64,000 nt of DNA, taken from NCBI GenBank assembly GCA_963790475.1, contig CAWBOS010000013.1, positions 96,001-160,000 on the forward strand, read 5' to 3'. The position numbers were made by a program, and so were the translations under genes. Positions within the stretch are counted from its first letter, which is position 1. Each line of letters opens with the position of its first letter. Of this stretch, positions 1-10,342 are shown piece by piece. The DNA is from an uncultured delta proteobacterium. Lineage in GTDB: Bacteria > Desulfobacterota > RBG-13-43-22. The notes under the pieces were generated by a model that was given only the letters and a program-made list of their open reading frames with translations, made no database searches and was not told the DNA's origin.

Positions 1-1013
1 CCCGGACGCCGCAGGGCCGGGTCAAGGGCATTGGGGATGTTGGTGGCGGCAATGACGATGACGTTCTGTCTTTTGTTAAGGCCGTCCATGAGGGCCAGAA
101 GCTGAGCGACAACCCTTTTTTCCACGTCCCCGACCACGTTTTCCCGGCGGGGGGCGATGGCGTCGATCTCGTCCAGGAACAGGATGCTCGGTCCCTTCCG
201 GGTGGCCTCTTCGAAAATTTTTCGCAGGTGGGCCTCACTTTCACCATAAAACTTGTGGATGATTTCCGGTCCGCTGATGGAAAAGAAATTGGCCTCCGTT
301 TCGTGAGCAATGGCGCGGGCGATGAGGGTCTTCCCGCATCCCGGAGGTCCGTAGAGGAGTACCCCCTTGGGGGCCTCAATCCCCAGGCGTTCAAAAACCT
401 CGGGATAGCGCAGGGGCAGCTCGATCATCTCCCGTATATGCTGAAGCTGGGATTTCAGACCGCCGATGTCTTCATAGGCGAGGGTCCTCCCGCTTCCTTC
501 TTCTCCTTGAGGCTTGCCGATGACCAGGATGGTGGCCGGGTTGATGATGACCGGACCCTTGGGTGTCACGGATTCGACCTTGAAGAAAGCGGCCCGGCTG
601 CCGAACAGGGCCGCCTGGATCTTGGCCCCCTCCATGACTGGCAGACCATCCAGGAGGCTTCCGATATATTGCAGATCCCTCTCGGCCGGGGTGACGTTGG
701 TCGGCGTCAGGACAATCCGTTCCGCCGGTCGGCACTTCACTTTGCTGATTTTCACCGTTTCATCAATCCCGACGCCAGCGTTCTCCCTGGTCAGTCCGTC
801 CAGTTGGACCCGGGACTGGCCGCGGATTTCTTTATAGGCGGGCATGACCTTGCAGAGGGCCTTGCGTTTTCCCTCGACTTCCACCGTGTCGCCGACAGCA
901 GCCTGAAGCCGTTCGAGATCTTCCGGTCCCATCCGGGCTAAAGCGCGCCCGACGTCTTTGGTCAAAGCTTCCGTTACTTTCAATTTGATGGACTGTTTTT
1001 CAGTCTCTTTCAT
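1..1013 (-). CDS. CDC48/VCP-family AAA+ ATPase, N-terminal part (runs off the window start)
   Basis: Not in the ORF track; translated by hand from ATG 1013: [28 protein letters not shown] (CDC48_N), Walker [14 protein letters not shown], Walker [33 protein letters not shown]. Confidence 0.92.
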   Translation of the reverse strand, partial: MKETEKQSIKLKVTEALTKDVGRALARMGPEDLERLQAAVGDTVEVEGKRKALCKVMPAYKEIRGQSRVQLDGLTRENAGVGIDETVKISKVKCRPAERIVLTPTNVTPAERDLQYIGSLLDGLPVMEGAKIQAALFGSRAAFFKVESVTPKGPVIINPATILVIGKPQGEEGSGRTLAYEDIGGLKSQLQHIREMIELPLRYPEVFERLGIEAPKGVLLYGPPGCGKTLIARAIAHETEANFFSISGPEIIHKFYGESEAHLRKIFEEATRKGPSILFLDEIDAIAPRRENVVGDVEKRVVAQLLALMDGLNKRQNVIVIAATNIPNALDPALRRP

Positions 1014-1090
1014 AGCCCCTCACTTTAAATTTTTACAATACTGAATCTGAAAATTTATCACTAATATGAACCCCGCTACGAGTTGGTTCA

Positions 1091-1337
1091 ATTTCAGATT
1101 TCGGATTGCGGAATGAAGGAAAAAAACATTGGATTTCGGATTAAGGAGCCTTTTGCAAAAGCCCATTGATGTCATTCCGGCGAAAGCCGGAATCCAGTCT
1201 TTTTGATGCATTCTGGACACCGGCTTCCGCCGGTGTGACGAAACTTAAGAGATTTGCAACAACCTCAGGTTTGGATTTTTTTATTCCGAAATCCCCAATC
1301 CACAATCCGAAAATCATAGGTTCCGCAATCCGCAATC
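1091..1337. repeat. Inverted 7-mer arrays (ATTTCGG/ATTGCGG vs ATCCGCA/ATCCGAA) bracketing a REP-like palindrome
   Basis: atttcagatttcggattgcggaat at 1091-1114; attccgaaatccccaatccacaatccgaaaatc and ttccgcaatccgcaatc at 1283-1337. Confidence 0.7.
1171..1239. repeat. REP-like palindromic repeat (GTCATTCC...GGAATCCAG / CTGGA...TGAC family)
   Basis: gtcattccggcgaaagccggaatccag ... ctggacaccggcttccgccggtgtgac; related copies at 4285, 14775, 38460 and 57985. Confidence 0.8.
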
Positions 1338-1350
1338 AAAATGGGTTTGA

Positions 1351-2040
1351 TTAGGTCTTTTCACAACGGATGGTGACGATGCCGTTATTGCAGGTCACCT
1401 TTATCTTTTCCTCGGAGAGGCTGTGATGCAAAAGGATTTCCTTCCGGTACTTTTTCCCGCCTTTTTCGGCCAAGACCGTCAGGACGTCGTCCCGGACTTC
1501 AATCTTGATATCCTCAGGCCCCACACCGGGCATTTCGGCTATCAAGGTAGTTCCGTACTCATCTTCGAAGACATCGAGGGGAGGTTCATGGATCTCCTGA
1601 ACCACCGCCTCGCCGGTTTCCTTGTCCTTGCGTATGTTGCCGAAAGGTTCCACCCGGATCTGGTCGTCCTTAGCCCCTAAACCGGTTTTCAGGGTAAACC
1701 CATAGACCCCCTTGACGTCACCTTCTTTTGAGGGGAAGGTAAATTCCCCTTTTTTAGACAGGGCTTCTCCTTTTTCCGAAATATCGTTGAGCTTTTCGGC
1801 TATGTCCGTCAAACCGCTGAGGATACGGCTGAAACGGTTCTCGCCGTCCGGCTTTTCCCCGCTTCCACGGTCTGCCCGATCGCTCCCCGAACGCGAAGCC
1901 CGATCTTTGGAATGTTTCTCCCCTGCCCCGGCCAAGTCCCCAAGGGTATTCAAAAATCCTGTCAGGCTATTGAACACGCCCCCTCCGAATCCTACTTGTT
2001 CCCCTTCGCCGTCTTTATGGTCCGGCCCACGTTTTTTCAT
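1351..2040 (-). CDS. Hsp20/alpha-crystallin family protein (archaeal-type, GvpH-like)
   Basis: GVYGFTLKTGLG..VEPFGNI..EPPLDVFEDE..IAEMPGVGPEDIKIEV..NNGIVTI alpha-crystallin core. Confidence 0.85.
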   Translation of the reverse strand: MKKRGPDHKDGEGEQVGFGGGVFNSLTGFLNTLGDLAGAGEKHSKDRASRSGSDRADRGSGEKPDGENRFSRILSGLTDIAEKLNDISEKGEALSKKGEFTFPSKEGDVKGVYGFTLKTGLGAKDDQIRVEPFGNIRKDKETGEAVVQEIHEPPLDVFEDEYGTTLIAEMPGVGPEDIKIEVRDDVLTVLAEKGGKKYRKEILLHHSLSEEKIKVTCNNGIVTIRCEKT

Positions 2041-2041
2041 C

Positions 2042-3445
2042 CTATCCTCCGTTTATCTGGATTCCGAATTTTTTGACTTTCGTATGAACGGTCTTATAGT
2101 CGACCTGCAATAACCTGGCGGCCCTGGCCTTGTTTCCTCCTGTTACCTTAAGCACTTCCGTGAGAACCTCTTTTTCCACGGCCAGAACGCTCTGTTGAAC
2201 GATTTCAGCTAAAGTTGCATTGTTCCAGGGCCTCCCCTGGACCTTAGGGGAAAAGGCCATCCCCGGCACCGAGACCCGTTTGATACTGAGATCCTTTTCG
2301 GTAATCATTTCCCTGACCACCAGGGTGGCCTGCCGGATTACCGATCGGAGCTGACGGACATTCCCCGGCCAGTTATAAGACATCAATGCCTCCACCGCCG
2401 CTTCGGTGAAACCTTTGACCATCTTTTTCAATTCGATATTGGCCAGATCCAGAAAACGCTTGGCCAGGTAAGGAATATCTTCTTTTCTCTCCCGGAGGGG
2501 GGGAACCGTGATCGTGAACTCGCTCAGACGGTAATATAGATCCTTTCGAAAATTACCGGCAACCATCATTTCCTGGAGGTCCTGATTGGTTGCCAAAATG
2601 AGGCGGATATCCACATCCACGGGTTTGGTCCCACCGACCCGGTAGAGCTTACGGTCCTGGATCACCCGCAGGAACTTTGCCTGGGAACCGGGGGGCATAT
2701 TAGCGATCTCGTCCATGAACAAGGTACCGCCGTGGGTCAATTCGAATTTGCCTAATTTCTGTCGTTCCGCTCCGGTGAACGATCCTTTTTCATGACCAAA
2801 CAGTTCGCTCTCTAACAGGGGTTCGGGGATGGCCCCGCAATCCACCGCCATAAAGGGTGCGTTCTTCCGCTTGCTGTCTTCATGTATGGCCCTGGCCACC
2901 AGTTCTTTTCCCGAGCCTGTCTCACCCATGATGACTACGGAAAAATCTGATTTCGCCACCCGGTGGACATCGGTCACCAGCCGGCCAATCTTGTCGCTGG
3001 GCCCCATGCTCTGGATGAGGCCAAAGTTCCCTTTAAATCCATCTGTTATGGATTCCAAGGTCCTCTTTAGTTGTACTTCCACCAGGACCCGGTGTGTAAT
3101 CCTGACCACCTCGTTATGGTCGAAGGGTTTGGATAAATAATCAAAGGCCCCTAACTTCATGGCCTCCACGGCCTGGTGAATATCGGCATAGGCCGTGACC
3201 AGCACCACCGGCAGATCATCGTCTATTTCTTTGATTTTCTTGAGGACCTCCATGCCGTTGAGACCGGGCATCCGGATATCAAGAAGCACGGCATCCGGGG
3301 TGTCGAAACAGATCTTCTGAATCGCCTGATCCCCGTCAGGGGCGGTGATAACCTCAATTCCTTCCTTTTCCAGGATCTGGGTCAGGATCTTCCGGATTTC
3401 CTCTTCATCATCGACAACCAGGACCCGTCCTAAACGATCAATCAT
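2042..3445 (-). CDS. Sigma54-dependent response regulator (NtrC family)
   Basis: REC (VVDDE, LLDIRMP), GETGSGKE, GSFTGA, LFMDEI, WPGNVRQL, C-terminal Fis HTH. Confidence 0.95.
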   Translation of the reverse strand: MIDRLGRVLVVDDEEEIRKILTQILEKEGIEVITAPDGDQAIQKICFDTPDAVLLDIRMPGLNGMEVLKKIKEIDDDLPVVLVTAYADIHQAVEAMKLGAFDYLSKPFDHNEVVRITHRVLVEVQLKRTLESITDGFKGNFGLIQSMGPSDKIGRLVTDVHRVAKSDFSVVIMGETGSGKELVARAIHEDSKRKNAPFMAVDCGAIPEPLLESELFGHEKGSFTGAERQKLGKFELTHGGTLFMDEIANMPPGSQAKFLRVIQDRKLYRVGGTKPVDVDIRLILATNQDLQEMMVAGNFRKDLYYRLSEFTITVPPLRERKEDIPYLAKRFLDLANIELKKMVKGFTEAAVEALMSYNWPGNVRQLRSVIRQATLVVREMITEKDLSIKRVSVPGMAFSPKVQGRPWNNATLAEIVQQSVLAVEKEVLTEVLKVTGGNKARAARLLQVDYKTVHTKVKKFGIQINGG

Positions 3446-3449
3446 ATCA

Positions 3450-4061
3450 TCATTTCCTCTTATCTAAAGGACGATTAACTGGATAAAGAACATGAATATC
3501 TTTCGGCAGACAGCCGGCAACGTTGTGCAGCATCCCCAGGAAAAGGATGCCTGTCTCCTCCGCCTGAAGGGTCGTTGCGATCCTTTCAGCAATGAAGGCA
3601 TCCCGCTTCACCAGAAGAAGATCGCTGGCCGCCTTCTGCCTGGCTTCGACTTCCAGGACCTTTTTTACCTCACCGGATTCAAGAATCCTTTTGATGAGAT
3701 GATACTCTTCGATAAGCAATTCCGCCGATTCCGTGCCCATGATCGTCGCCCCTTTTTCCATTAGACGGACCAGGAGCTGGTGATTGGGGCTCCCTTTTTT
3801 TGCTATTTCAGTTACTATTTCAATTTCTTTAGCGCATACCGGAAGGCCATCCTGGTAGACTCGGGTTTGAGCATAAGAAAGAGAGAAGGTTTCAAGAGTG
3901 TCTTCTATGCCGGTCCAGAACCGTTCGATAAGATTATGTTTACGATTCCAGGTTCGCTCACCGAGCTTTTGCAGGGTGACCTTTTTGATGGACTCGCTCA
4001 GTGTCCCCATATCTGACTGGGTGTGAATAATGGGAATGTAATAAAGAGTTCTTGTCGTCAT
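3450..4061 (-). CDS. Conserved hypothetical protein
   Basis: 203 aa ORF packed 4 bp from the next gene; motifs YIPIIHT, VYQDGLP, RDAFIAERI, LFLGMLH. Confidence 0.75.
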   Translation of the reverse strand: MTTRTLYYIPIIHTQSDMGTLSESIKKVTLQKLGERTWNRKHNLIERFWTGIEDTLETFSLSYAQTRVYQDGLPVCAKEIEIVTEIAKKGSPNHQLLVRLMEKGATIMGTESAELLIEEYHLIKRILESGEVKKVLEVEARQKAASDLLLVKRDAFIAERIATTLQAEETGILFLGMLHNVAGCLPKDIHVLYPVNRPLDKRK

Positions 4062-4284
4062 GGCTCTTTGGATCCTGACTGTAGAATATAAGGAATCTTT
4101 TCTATGGAAGTATTTCCATATTCATATGGAACCTGTTCCCGTATGTTAATGATATTCCGGAAGGCCTGATTATGATTTCAATGATTCTATCAGGTCTTAT
4201 CGCCAAATCCTCACTCAGCAAGAGCCTGACGACTATTTCGATTACTGCATGAATCATACCTTCTTTTCCCGGTTAATCATTCTC

Positions 4285-4440
4285 GATGAATTCGTAAAAA
4301 ATCGTCACCCCGGCGAAAGCCGGGGTCCAGGTTGCTTATAACTATTTAAAAACACTGGATTCCGGCTGGAGTCTATCCCGCACTTGATACGGGACCGGAA
4401 TGACTAACATTGGCTTTGGGCAACTTTTTACCGATTCGTC
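4285..4440. repeat. MITE/REP-like element with terminal inverted repeats
   Basis: Ends gatgaattcgtaaaaa and tttttaccgattcgtc; internal gtcaccccggcgaaagccggggtccag and ctggattccggc...ccggaatgac hairpins. Confidence 0.75.
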
Positions 4441-5977
4441 ATTCTTTATGGTCAAGAGTCAATTCAACGATGAAGGATGCCCCCCCCATAGTGTTGTTTT
4501 CCGCATGAATTGTTCCGCCATGGTCCTGGAGGATGCCTTTACAGACCGACAAACCCAGTCCGGTGCCTTTTCCCGGAACTTTGGTGGTAAAAAAAGGCTC
4601 AAAAATCAGGTTCAAGTTTCCCGCAGGAATACCACGGCCGTTATCGGCAACACTCAGGATGATAGAAGAATTCTTCAAGGAAACGGACGGACGATGAACA
4701 GTAACAATCAGCCTGTTCTGCCGGTTACCATTCATAGCGTCACAGGCGTTGAGGATAAGGTTGATCACCACCTTCACCATCCGGTCACTTTCCATTTTTA
4801 CGGGTATGACCTCCGGCGGAGGACGGTACTCGACCTGGACTTCAGCTTCTTTAATCCTGAGTTCCGTCATTTGCAGAGCCAGGTCGATGACCCGGCGAAG
4901 GTCGCCGACAACAAGCATTGTAGGTTGTTTAGGAGATGATTGGCGCAAATCCCGGATGATCTTTACAATCCTCTGAATCTGTTCCCGGCAAACCCGCAAG
5001 TTTTCCCCGGCCTTTTCCGACAGGTTTTCATCTCCCAGAAATTGGAGTTGTGACGAGATGATACTGGCGGGATTGAGGATTTCATGGGCGATGCCGGCGG
5101 CCAAGCGTCCGACAGCCGCTTCCTTTTCGAACTGGATCAGCATGTCTTTTGTTTCCTGCAACTGGCGCAAGGTTTCTTTAAGTTCCTCCTCCGCCTGCCT
5201 GCGCTCGGTAATGTCTTTTGAAACAACGACGACTTCCGAAATTTCTCCGGCGGTATTCCGATCCATTACCGGGGTGAAGGTACGAAGAAAATACCTCCCA
5301 TCCCTTTCACTCCTGTATTCTTGAGTGGCGGATTCTTTAGTTTCGAATATTTCTCTCATCTTTTTCATAAAGTTATTTGAATTTTCCTCGGAGTGAAATT
5401 CGTTGTATCTCCTGCCGATGATTTCTTCAAAGGGTTGGTTAAATCTCCGCTTGTGACCTTCATTCATGAAAACATATTGGCATTCTCTGTTCACCAAATA
5501 CATCGAATCGACGGAAGCTGCCAGGGATCGGTATTTCTCTACGCTCTGGCGCAGCATCTCCTCCGCCTTTCGTCTTTCTTTTTCCACCATGGAAGTATAC
5601 AGCGCTATCTCGATATTGACCTTGATCTCATTACTCTGAAATGGTTTGAGTATATAACCAAAAGGATTGACCGGTTTCGCCCGCTCTACCCATTCCGGAT
5701 CGGCATAGGCCGTGATAAAAATCGCCGGGATTCCCCACCGGGAGCCCATGAGGGCCGCAGCCTCGATCCCGTCCATTTTACCTTTCAGGACAATGTCCAT
5801 GAGAACGAGGTCTGGAGGTTCCTGTTCCGCGAGTTCCAGGGCCTTTTCCGCCGAATCGACACAAGCCAAGACCGTATATCCCAACTGCTCCACGCAGGAT
5901 TTGAGATCAATGGCAATGATGCCCTCGTCCTCCACGATCAGGATCTTTTTTGGGTTTGCTGCTTGATGTTCAGTCAT
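4439..5977 (-). CDS. Hybrid sensor histidine kinase (REC-PAS-HisKA-HATPase)
   Basis: ILIVEDE/LVLMDI receiver, PAS, H-box AHEILNP, FEPFFTTK, GTGLGL. Start moved to ATG 5977 (MTEHQ) because the longer ORF crosses a repeat. Confidence 0.9.
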   Translation of the reverse strand: MTEHQAANPKKILIVEDEGIIAIDLKSCVEQLGYTVLACVDSAEKALELAEQEPPDLVLMDIVLKGKMDGIEAAALMGSRWGIPAIFITAYADPEWVERAKPVNPFGYILKPFQSNEIKVNIEIALYTSMVEKERRKAEEMLRQSVEKYRSLAASVDSMYLVNRECQYVFMNEGHKRRFNQPFEEIIGRRYNEFHSEENSNNFMKKMREIFETKESATQEYRSERDGRYFLRTFTPVMDRNTAGEISEVVVVSKDITERRQAEEELKETLRQLQETKDMLIQFEKEAAVGRLAAGIAHEILNPASIISSQLQFLGDENLSEKAGENLRVCREQIQRIVKIIRDLRQSSPKQPTMLVVGDLRRVIDLALQMTELRIKEAEVQVEYRPPPEVIPVKMESDRMVKVVINLILNACDAMNGNRQNRLIVTVHRPSVSLKNSSIILSVADNGRGIPAGNLNLIFEPFFTTKVPGKGTGLGLSVCKGILQDHGGTIHAENNTMGGASFIVELTLDHKE

Positions 5978-6043
5978 TGAAGCCCTCTTATGAATTGACT
6001 TTTGCTGTTCAGGTAACACGTTAGCTTTATGAAAATCCTTTTT

Positions 6044-6228
6044 CACCACAGAGACACCGAGAGCACACCGGACCTTGTCTTTTAAAAATCGGGAGATACC
6101 GATTTTTGAAAATCCCGCTTCCAGCGGGACCTGAGGCACCCGGTGAAACGTTTGTTCGCTAAGCGACAGGTTGGATTTTCTTTGGCGGTTTCTCACGCCA
6201 AAAGAGATTTCTCTGTGTCCTCTGTGTC
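6044..6228. repeat. Intergenic inverted repeat element (CACCACAGAGACAC... / CTCTGTGTCCTCTGTG)
   Basis: caccacagagacaccgagagcac at 6044, ctctgtgtcctctgtgtc at 6211; internal hairpin aaaaatcgg..ccgattttt. Confidence 0.6.
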
Positions 6229-6321
6229 GTGAATAGATTCTGATTCAAAAGAATTCATTTCAAAAAGCTAAATTGTCGCCTGTTTAGCCTTCGGAGTTCG
6301 GCAACGGCCTGTCCGTAATTC

Positions 6322-8301
6322 TCAGTTCTCAAAATTATATTTCCTCGGGAAGGTGATTCGAAACTCTGTTCCCACCTCCTGGTGAAAACCGATAGTCCCC
6401 TCCAGTTGCTGCACCAGGGCCATTACCACTTGAAAACCCATGGACTCCGTCTTCCCAAAATCCACATCCCTGGGAAAACCGATACCGTTATCCCCTACCG
6501 TCAGCCGGATCATCTCTTCATCAACCATGGATAGCCCCACCCTGATTTCACCCGTCCTCCCTCCCGGGAAGGCATGCTTCAGGCCATTGGATATGAGTTC
6601 ATTGATGATCAAACCCAAAGGGACCGCTTTATCAATACCGATATGGACTTTCTCCACCTCGACTTTAAGCTTCACCCTATCCAGGCTGATCCGGGAGGAA
6701 TGAAATAGACTGATGCTCAAGCTTCGAAGATAATCGGTCATATCGATCCGGGTAAAATCCGGTGATTGGTAGAGCTTCTCGTGCACCAGGGACATGGAGC
6801 GGATGCGGTCCCGGCTCTGGTTAAAAACCGCCAGGGCCAGGGGATCCTTGATCTTCCTGGCCTGCAGGTTCAATAGACTTTGAACCACCTGCAGATTGTT
6901 CTTCACCCGGTGGTGAACCTCCCGCAGCAGGAGATCTTTCTCCCTGAGGGAGGTCCGTAACTGAGCCTCTGCCCGCTTATATTTATCAATATTCTGAAAT
7001 GTCCCGGTAATTTTTATTATTTTGTCACCGCTGTAAACGGCCTTTCCAAGGGACCGCACCCAAATCCTGTCTTTGCTGCCGGAAGGAATGAAAAGGGATT
7101 CAAGATCCCATGATTCGCCCGTTTCCGCAGCTTTCTTAAATGCTTCCCCTAAAGCCGGCCTGGATTCAGGGGCAAAGAAATTCATGGCTTCTTCCAGCTT
7201 CGCCCTATATCCCGGCTCGACTCTGTGGATCCGACGAACCACGTCCGTCCAGGAGACCTCCTTGGTCGAGAGGTCAAGCTCCCACCCCCCGACTTCGGCC
7301 ATTTCCCCGGTATCACTTAGAAGCTGAATGTTTTTCTTCAGTTCATCTTCTGCCCGTCTGCGTTTAGACACGTCACGGGAAATTCCCCGGAATCCGATAA
7401 CCCGGCCCTCCCTGTCCCGCCGGCAGGATATGGATTCTTCTATAAGCAGAGGCGTTCCATCTTTTCGAATATTGGTGACCGGATAATCTTTAATGATCTC
7501 CCCTGTCCGGTAGACCCGGTTAAAGGTTTTATAGACCCCCTCCACTTCCTCCTGGGGGACATAGGTCCGGTAGTTCATCCCGATCAATTCTTGACGGGAA
7601 TATTGAAGCAGCCGGGTCATGGAATCGTTGACAAAGATGAAATTACCGTCCAAATCCACCTCGTAGTAGCCTTCATTTATTTCTTCGATTATGGCGGTTC
7701 GATATCTCTCTTCCGATTGTTCTATAACCTCTTCCAGGCGCTTGCGTTCGGTGATGTCGGTAACCGTGGTATGGACCAGAAATGCTCCACGGCCTGCCTC
7801 CCTCCGGATACTTTCCAAACCGGCGTAGAAAGTGGAACCCTCCGGTCTCCTGAGTATGAGGTCACAACTCTGCTTTTCTCCCTCCCGTAACACACTCAGG
7901 AAATGCTGATCCCATAGGTCCTGGTCGTTGGCTGTTACTATTTTTCGAAACCGGGTGTTGATCAGTTTTTGACGCGCTACCCCCAGGAGGGTTGAACCGG
8001 TGAGGTTAACCTCTTTGATCAGGGCTTCCGGGGTGAAGGTAAAGTATCCCACCGGAGCAAAATGATAGAGATCGGCGTACTGTTCCCTGGATTCCTCCAG
8101 GGCGACCTGGGTCTTTTTGAGTTCCTCGTTTTGTATCTCCAACTCTATCTGGTGCACCTGAAGTTCACGGAGAAGTTCCTCGGGATTTTTCTCCTGCATC
8201 TCGTAAGGTGCACTGAAGAATTGGGACAGTTTTTCTTCCGCCGCATCTCTCAATTGGGGGTCGGGATTCCAGTCTTCGGTTTGATTTTTTTTCTTTCGCA
8301 T
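6322..8301 (-). CDS. Multi-PAS histidine kinase (HisKA_2 type)
   Basis: N-terminal ELQVHQIELEIQNEEL coiled coil, three PAS domains, LLREVHHRVKNNLQ, NELISNGLKHAF, DNGIG. Confidence 0.93.
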   Translation of the reverse strand: MRKKKNQTEDWNPDPQLRDAAEEKLSQFFSAPYEMQEKNPEELLRELQVHQIELEIQNEELKKTQVALEESREQYADLYHFAPVGYFTFTPEALIKEVNLTGSTLLGVARQKLINTRFRKIVTANDQDLWDQHFLSVLREGEKQSCDLILRRPEGSTFYAGLESIRREAGRGAFLVHTTVTDITERKRLEEVIEQSEERYRTAIIEEINEGYYEVDLDGNFIFVNDSMTRLLQYSRQELIGMNYRTYVPQEEVEGVYKTFNRVYRTGEIIKDYPVTNIRKDGTPLLIEESISCRRDREGRVIGFRGISRDVSKRRRAEDELKKNIQLLSDTGEMAEVGGWELDLSTKEVSWTDVVRRIHRVEPGYRAKLEEAMNFFAPESRPALGEAFKKAAETGESWDLESLFIPSGSKDRIWVRSLGKAVYSGDKIIKITGTFQNIDKYKRAEAQLRTSLREKDLLLREVHHRVKNNLQVVQSLLNLQARKIKDPLALAVFNQSRDRIRSMSLVHEKLYQSPDFTRIDMTDYLRSLSISLFHSSRISLDRVKLKVEVEKVHIGIDKAVPLGLIINELISNGLKHAFPGGRTGEIRVGLSMVDEEMIRLTVGDNGIGFPRDVDFGKTESMGFQVVMALVQQLEGTIGFHQEVGTEFRITFPRKYNFEN

Positions 8302-8383
8302 AAGATATTTCCAATTCGGAATGTGGATTGCGGAATAAAATCCCGTTCTATTTTGGATTGCCGATTATCCCATTTCGCGTTGA

Positions 8384-8812
8384 CTACTGTGAGATTTCGG
8401 AATGATGCTCCTGTCCCAACATCTTCCCTGAGTGGGCCTTATCCAATTGAGATTTAGCCAACGTCCTGGTTGTTAGTGTTGCCCTGGTTCTGGCAAAGCG
8501 GAACCTTTTTCTGGTCTCGATCAACTTAGCCATAACACTTTGCCCTGATTCAACTCCAAAAGTACTTTTAGTCTTGTTATCCGTAAAAAGTGCCACGGAG
8601 ATATTGGTATTGCTCCGCTGCATCCCGTTGAAGAATATGCCTAAGCGTTCCCCTTCTTTTTCAAACTCTTTGACCAGGCCCTTTTCCAGAGGATTGACCG
8701 CATAGATCTTGCTGCCTTCACCTTGGATCAGGCCCGGCCGGAACAGTTTACATCCTTTTTTAGAATTCATGGAGCCCTCTATGCTCTGCCGGCGCAGTTC
8801 CACCTGCGCCAT
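8384..8812 (-). CDS. Hypothetical protein (start uncertain)
   Basis: Open frame co-oriented with its neighbours; no recognised motif. Confidence 0.35.
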   Translation of the reverse strand: MAQVELRRQSIEGSMNSKKGCKLFRPGLIQGEGSKIYAVNPLEKGLVKEFEKEGERLGIFFNGMQRSNTNISVALFTDNKTKSTFGVESGQSVMAKLIETRKRFRFARTRATLTTRTLAKSQLDKAHSGKMLGQEHHSEISQ

Positions 8813-9280
8813 GTTCAATCCTTCTACTGCTGGAATATACTTACGAGTTAGAAGGCCCTGTCGGCCTCTTTGGATTTTACCAGCATGGAAATTAAGAAAA
8901 CCCCCAAACTGCAACCTACAAATAGGCCAAAGATGAAAAAGAAACACCGTGCCTCCTTGCTTGGTAGAGAGCCTTCAGAACCACACCCCCTTATCGAACA
9001 TTTTTCAAGGCTCTCTGGTAAGGGAGCATGCCTTATAGGAAGCTATTGGGTGGAACTCTTACCTGGTCTGAAAAGCCGCCTTCGCAGAAAAGACACGACC
9101 AGAGAAGAAACACTTTTCTCGCCTCCTCGATGGGAACCATGAATTGACTGCATGACCCAGAGTGAAACATGAAATAGCTCACCGCGAATTCAGGATCAAT
9201 ATGCAGGATCTTGATCTGTTGATTCATCCCGACCTCCTTTTCAGATCGAAGATACCTCGTAGTTGTATAAAATTTGTGGT

Positions 9281-9679
9281 TCATTCCATCCCCTTTGGTC
9301 CTTTATGTCCTGAGGCAGCTAACAGCCTTTTCATGGTAGGGATCAATTCGGTTTTCATCACCCTTTTCGGGACAAAGCAGCAGGCACCGGCCGACATGGC
9401 CGCGGACCGATAGGCTTCTTCTTCATGGATGGTCAACATAACCACCCGGGCTTTTGGCACCGCGGTTAAAAGACGTTTAGTGGTTCCGATACCGTTCAGC
9501 CTGGGCAGACTGATGTCCATCAGAATCAAATCGGGTGTAATATCCCGGCATATTTCTATGGCTGCCTCACCGCTTGCCGCTTCGGAAAAATCACACTGGG
9601 GAAAAATCCCCTTCAACCAGTCCATTAAAGATTTCCGAAGGGCCTTGTGGTCTTCAACAATTAAAATATGCTTTTTCAT
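9281..9679 (-). CDS. Stand-alone receiver-domain response regulator (NarL-like REC, no output domain)
   Basis: ILIVEDH, LILMDISLP, VVMLT, FVPK. Confidence 0.9.
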   Translation of the reverse strand: MKKHILIVEDHKALRKSLMDWLKGIFPQCDFSEAASGEAAIEICRDITPDLILMDISLPRLNGIGTTKRLLTAVPKARVVMLTIHEEEAYRSAAMSAGACCFVPKRVMKTELIPTMKRLLAASGHKGPKGME

Positions 9680-9702
9680 TCTATTTTCCTTCAGATTTAG
9701 TG

Positions 9703-9980
9703 GTGCTCGATGCTGGATACTCGATGCTCGATACTAGATAAAATCAAACTTGCGATGGATGCTTTATAAAAACAAAAAGCGATACTCGATTCTGGATAAA
9801 GTCAATCAAGCATCCAGCATCGGCAGTTAAATCCAGAATCATTAGAATATTACAGTCAATTCCATCTGTATGTAGGGAGAGTTTGATTAATGGTGCGGGG
9901 AGAGTTTGAAAAAAACAAAATACTGGATGCTGGATTATGGATAAAAACTAAAAACGATACTCGATACTCGATACTGGATG
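9703..9980 (+). repeat. 7-mer tandem arrays ATRCTSG
   Basis: gtgctcgatgctggatactcgatgctcgatactagata; aatactggatgctggatt; cgatactcgatactcgatactggatg. Confidence 0.85.
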
Positions 9981-9982
9981 GG

Positions 9983-10260
9983 TTACTTTTCGCTGAGATG
10001 TCCTTTACTTACCGATTGAATGAATAGGTTGAGCTTTTTACCTAGAATCTCAAGTTTTTCATGAATAGATTTATATGACGCGTCATCGGCCAGTGAACCG
10101 GTTTCAAAAAGCGTTTCCAGGTGGTCAATGGTCTCATCATTGGAAGCGATCGCATAACTTAAATATCGAATGAACTCCTGCTTATACCTTCTGCGATCTT
10201 ATGAATTTCAACTGCAAGTTTCCTTGCTAATCGCCAAACTTCAAGATTTTTATAGCTCAT
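9983..10260 (-). pseudogene. Four-helix-bundle protein (23S rRNA IVP/TIGR02436-like) with an internal deletion and frameshift
   Basis: [21 protein letters not shown] joined out of frame near 10196 to [35 protein letters not shown]...GHLSEK*. The central QIRRS..S..NIAEG segment is missing. Confidence 0.8.
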
Positions 10261-10274
10261 CCCTTTCCTCTCAT

Positions 10275-10342
10275 ACCCAGCATCGGCTTTTTGATCCAGT
10301 ATTTCTTTTCGCCTTTATCCAGTATCCAACATCCAGCATCGA
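10275..10342 (-). repeat. 7-mer array, reverse complement of ATRCTSG
   Basis: tacccagcatcgg..gatccagtat..atccagtatccaacatccagcatcga. Confidence 0.8.

Noticed and set aside
228-941. 237-aa plus-strand ORF and other long antisense ORFs (e.g. 16367-17908, 52593-53597, 44735-45505)
   Set aside because: Shadow frames opposite well-supported genes, with no motifs.
9033-9284. 83-aa ORF with a receiver-like start (IKILHIDP)
   Set aside because: Similarity is limited to a few residues, too weak to call.
9983-10260. Avd-like gene as part of a diversity-generating retroelement, with the kinase duplication as TR/VR
   Set aside because: No reverse transcriptase in the window; differences between the duplicated kinase segments are not adenine-specific and both copies are coding.
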